The position numbers were made by a program, and so were the translations under genes. From the human T2T-CHM13v2.0 reference genome, Homo sapiens: a stretch of DNA of 64,000 bases. This document shows, piece by piece, positions 62,601-64,000 of this stretch (position 1 is its first letter; each line of letters begins with the position of its first letter). The stretch lies in NCBI RefSeq assembly GCF_009914755.1, contig NC_060939.1. The stretch is one strand, 5' to 3'. The notes below the pieces were generated by a model. It was not told where the DNA came from. It ran no database searches and was given only the letters and a program-made list of their open reading frames with translations.

Positions 62601-62999
62601 TACCTAAAGGGGAGAAAGCATTTGGCTGACTTTCAGATTTTTCCCTATACAGATATTCAATGCAAAAGAGAATAACATATCATCTATAAACCCCTAAGAG
62701 AAAGTTTCCTCAAGAATTCTGCACCCAGGGGGAAAAATGATGTAGAACATTATTCCAGAACATTATTCCAGATTCTGCTGAGGATGGAGAAAGCTGGAAA
62801 GAACATTGCCCCACCATTACAACAACAAGAAGAAGACATTGGGTTCTGCAAATTCCCAACTTAAGGTGAACCCATCAGACAGCTGAGGTCACAGGACAGC
62901 AAATTCTAAGGAAAAGACAGAGTCTCCAAGGAGAGACATGAGCACTTACCTGGGGCGTATGCAGTCAGATACCAGCTCTAGTGGAAAAGGTGGACAAGA

Positions 63000-63528
63000 T
63001 GGAAGATCACTGAGGTAAGGTAGCAGAGAGGTGGAAGCAATGAGGAAGAGTCAAATGCAAATACTAGGAATTAAAAACAGGCACAGAGATGAAGAATGCC
63101 TTTGATAGACAGGGTCGGCAGTGGACTGGACACAGTTGAGGAAAAAATGACCAAGTGGGGTTTATCTTGGGAATGCAAGGCTGGCTTACCACTCAAAAGT
63201 CAGTGTTATTCACCATTTGAGTGGACTGAAGAAGATAATGTATAGCAACATCTAAGCAGACGTAGTAAAAGACTGATAAAATTCAACAGCCATTCGTGGT
63301 ATTAAAAACAAAACAAAAACCACTCTCAGCAAACTAGGAATAGGAGGGTACTTCTACAACCTGATAATAAACATCTATGAAAAACTTAGCGCTAACATTA
63401 TACTTAATCCCTAAAAGCAGGAACAAGAGAAGGACATCTGTTCTCACCATATCTATTCAACACTCTACGGGGCGGTCTAGTCAGTGTAATAAAACAGGGA
63501 AAAGAAGTAAGGGGCATCCAGATTGCAA
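63000..63528 (+). mobile_element. Old L1 fragments
   Basis: gggaatgcaaggctggctta, ctcagcaaactaggaatag and catctatgaaaaac. Confidence 0.7.
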
Positions 63529-64000
63529 TGTGTGCTGATTTATTTTAGGTGTCAACTTGACTGGATGAAGGATACTCGAGAACTGGCAAAGCATTGTTTC
63601 TGGGTGTGTCTGTGAGGGTGTTTCCAGAGGAGATTGGTGTGTGAGTCTGTGAACTGAGTGGGGAAGATCCACCCTCAATGTTGGGGGGCAACATCTGATC
63701 GTCTGGGGACCTGGATAGAACAAAAAGGCAGAGGAAAAGCGAATTATTTTCTTTTGCTCTTCTGGAGCTGAGACACCCTTTCCTGCCCTTGGACATCAGA
63801 ACTTCAGGCTCTCTGGCCTTTGGACCCTGGGACTCACACTGGTGCAACCACTCCCCGCAGGTTCTTGGCCTTGGACTGAGAGTTCCACCATTGGTTTCCC
63901 TGGTTCTGAGGCCTTTTGACTTCGACTGAGCCAAACTCCCAGCTTTCCAGGGTCTCCAGCTTGCAGATGGGACTGTCATAGGACTTCTTAGTCTCCATGG
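63529..64000 (+). mobile_element. MLT2 (ERVL) LTR, running off the window
   Basis: gtgtcaacttgactggat...ctgggtgtgtctgtgagggtgtttccagaggagatt...ccagcttgcagatgg. Confidence 0.88.

Noticed and set aside
62743-62772. 13-bp tandem duplication agaacattattcc x2
   Set aside because: An ordinary slippage duplication with no further structure.

Overview
This is primate (almost certainly human) genomic DNA, not prokaryotic. It is rich in Alu, L1, MIR, MaLR/ERV LTRs and MER/Tigger relics. The whole window lies inside one minus-strand gene that I recognise as ENTREP2 (FAM189A1; from memory chr15q13.1, near APBA2). Three internal coding exons with GT-AG boundaries and consistent phases can be read directly: 22121-22228, 7421-7581 and 6753-6888. 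They encode the last predicted TM helix and the Pro-rich cytoplasmic tail with PPxY motifs. The rest is intron. Main intronic features: a ~1.35 kb C-rich/G-rich VNTR with a 252-bp higher-order duplication; a solo LTR12 (ERV9) inserted into an Alu and in the same orientation as the gene; a full-length, decayed L1PB-type element with apparent nested TSDs; a 4-copy minisatellite born inside an old L1; and a templated double inverted duplication at ~54.3-56.4 kb. Nearly all ORFs in the supplied track are artefacts of repeats or low-complexity sequence. I see no convincing new protein-coding system. The best leads are regulatory or mutational-mechanism hypotheses. Repeat subfamily names come from recalled consensus motifs, not a RepeatMasker run.
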